64,000 bases of DNA from Octopus sinensis (taxonomy: Eukaryota), in assembly GCF_006345805.1 (NCBI RefSeq), contig NC_043008.1, positions 69,192,001 through 69,256,000 of the forward strand, written 5' to 3'. Below the pieces are notes generated by a model that ran no database searches, was not told where the DNA came from, and saw nothing but the letters and a program-made list of their open reading frames with translations. Made by a program: the position numbers and the translations under genes. Below, one piece after another: positions 61,615 through 64,000 of this stretch (position 1 is its first letter; every line of letters begins with the position of its first letter).

Positions 61615-62060
61615 AGTTTGTTTAACATGTGTCGTCTGCAACGTGTCGGTTATTTCTGTCGTCTGAGATATGATGATTGGAATGTAATCGCTGAGATGTG
61701 TCGTCTGCAAGGTTCCGGCTGTTGTGTCGTTTGCGATGTATCATCTGCAATGTGTCGGCTGTTTTTGTCGGGATTTTGCGGCGTCTGAATGTGATGAGTG
61801 AAGTGTATCTGATGATATTTGTCATTTGCAATGTATCGTCTGCGATACGTCATGTGTACTTTATCGTTTGCAGTGCTTCGATTGTGATGTGTCGGCTAAA
61901 TTTTGTCAACTGTGCAGTGTCGCCTGCGATGTATTGGCTGTTTGTGACGTCTGAGGTGTGACGTGTGGCTGAGATTTGTCGTCTCTCTTGTGTCATCTGG
62001 GATGTGCCGTTTGTCATTTGGTAGCTGAGGTGTGACATCTTTGGATGTAATGAATGAGAT
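61615..62060. repeat. Degenerate CpG-containing minisatellite, about 14 bp (gatgtgtcgtctgc)
   Basis: Repeated atgtgtcgtctgca/atgtgtcggctg/atgtatcgtctgc units. Confidence 0.75.
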
Positions 62061-63216
62061 TTCAACTGAGGTATGTAGTTTGTTGTGTACCAAAGATTTG
62101 AATCTAAAGGTTATTTAAATGATGGCTTCCATATTGCTGGAGTAGCAACATTCTTTTATAGAATCACTAAATATTTAGTATTGAACCATCTCCAGGCCGT
62201 CAGGAGAAAGCCAAGTCATTGAAATGTAGTGTAATTTACTCTGTCTTATTGATTTCTGGTCACCATGACAGGGTAACAGATGGATATATCGTCTCTCTCT
62301 CACCACCCCCAAACTCACACACGTACGCACGCACACACGTATGCACGCACGCACGCATGTACGCACGCACACAAGCACGCACACACACGCATACACACAC
62401 ACATAGTTGCAATCGCAACCATTATACTGCGGCCATTCTTTGTCATAAGCTTCAAAGGGTTTTAACCAAATATTAATCCCAGTCTGTTACTCCTTTTATC
62501 AATCCTTGTTCATGGTTGATTGCACTCTTTAGTGATGTTCAAACTGATTTACAACTGCATACACAAACACAGACATACATTCAAATATGTGTATGTGTAT
62601 GTGTGTGTGTGTTTGTGTGCATGTGTGTGAGACTTGTTTGTCAGTAGGGATTCCGTATATTTTCTGTCATCCAAATTTCACTCCGTACCTACGTTACAAG
62701 ATATTTGCCTAAAACCCCGTGTAGTGGGATCGAGTCAAGAACCACGTGACTGTGAAGCGAACTTCTTAACTACGCAGCCTTTACGTGCGCCAGTACATAC
62801 ACACATACATACATAAATACATACATACATTCATACATACAAGTGTGCGCGCGTGCGTCTATATATACATGTATACATACATGTATATATATATATATAC
62901 ATTTATATATGTATATATACGTATGTATATACATACATACATAGATAGATAGTCACACACGCACACGCTCACACACACAAAGATATATATATATATATAT
63001 ATATTTATGTGTGTGTGTGTGTGTTTCTGTATGTATGTTATGTGTATGTGTGTGGTGGTGGTGGTGGTGGTGGTGGTGGAAGTCAACTGCTGGAATGCCA
63101 AGCAGTACAGCATGTCGGTGTCCAACTGACCCTACTATACTGTGTAGTCGACAAAATTAAAAACAAACAATGCGCCTGCGCGATATCAAAGAATATAAAA
63201 TGGCGACAATTTGCCC

Positions 63217-63247
<31 letters not shown>

Positions 63248-63254
63248 CACAGAG

Positions 63255-63480
63255 ACACAGACACACACACACATATATATAGTTTAAATTTGCAAAAAAA
63301 CAAAAGACGAGGACAGTTGTAGGAACAACAAGCAGGTGTATTTGTTTGACGCTCGGGAAAATGGTAAAGTCTTTTATGTTTCGAGCCGACGCTCTTCGAC
63401 AGAAAGGAATAAGAGGGAAAAATGGAGAGAGATTGAAAAACAGGAAAGAGAAAAAAACGGTGTAGAATCCAGCGATCGAA
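63255..63480 (-). mobile_element. PLE-type terminal fragment with a hammerhead-like motif at 63371-63406
   Basis: Minus strand CTTT-CTGTCGA-A-GAGC-gtcg-GCTC-GAAA-CATA-AAAG. Confidence 0.5.
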
Positions 63481-63672
63481 CATGACTGGGAAAAAAAGAG
63501 GTTGTATGAAAGGGTGAACTAAGGTGTGCGTGAGAATGGTGAGAATGGTGTGTGAGTATGTATGTGTGAATGAGGTGAGTGAGTGAGTGTGACCTGTGTG
63601 TGTGTGTGTGTGTAACGTGTGCGTGTGTGTGTTTAGTGGTGCGTGTGAGGTGAGGGTACCGGACGGTATGTT

Positions 63673-63714
<42 letters not shown>

Positions 63715-64000
63715 TGTTTGTATATATACTATTTTACTATGAGCCTCCATAGTAGCTTTCTCTCTGTAACTCGCAAAGTCTTTCGGGTTTGTTTATTTAA
63801 ATATTATTTATGTAGTATTCAGACAGTTTACGTATTTATTAACTAAATTTGACTGAAATTGATAGGCGAGGGTTTGGCCAATAAGATTCGCAAGGAGCCA
63901 TGACAGCAATGATTTGTGGGTTCGATTCAACCTGAGGTTAGCCCATCATTTTTTTCGGTCATTTGTTTATATTTAAAAATTGTCGCTTTAAAATCATTAT

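Overview
Eukaryotic, AT-rich, microsatellite-saturated non-coding DNA. The SINE families and the repeat landscape look like a coleoid cephalopod (Octopus-like) genome; this is an inference from recalled family sequences, with no database search. I found no host exon, rRNA, true tRNA or CRISPR array. Most ORF-track entries are microsatellite read-through. The real coding content is transposon-derived: a Penelope-like element (PLE; RT + GIY-YIG, 18.15-19.93 kb) with an inverted pseudo-LTR, a second PLE fragment (38 kb), a near-intact CR1-type LINE ORF2 (41.8-44.9 kb), a decayed L1/Tx1 LINE (21.5-25.9 kb), several R4/Dong-type LINE relics, RTE relics, an internally deleted mariner, a hAT (Charlie/Buster) relic and many tRNA-derived SINEs. 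The most interesting signal is a ~200-bp fold-back element present twice (9.4 and 26.8 kb) whose arms encode a type-I hammerhead ribozyme-like fold. Three further degenerate hammerhead-like motifs lie in PLE-type termini. The CR1 ORF2 has no premature stop and is broken only by four 1-nt frameshifts at base runs.
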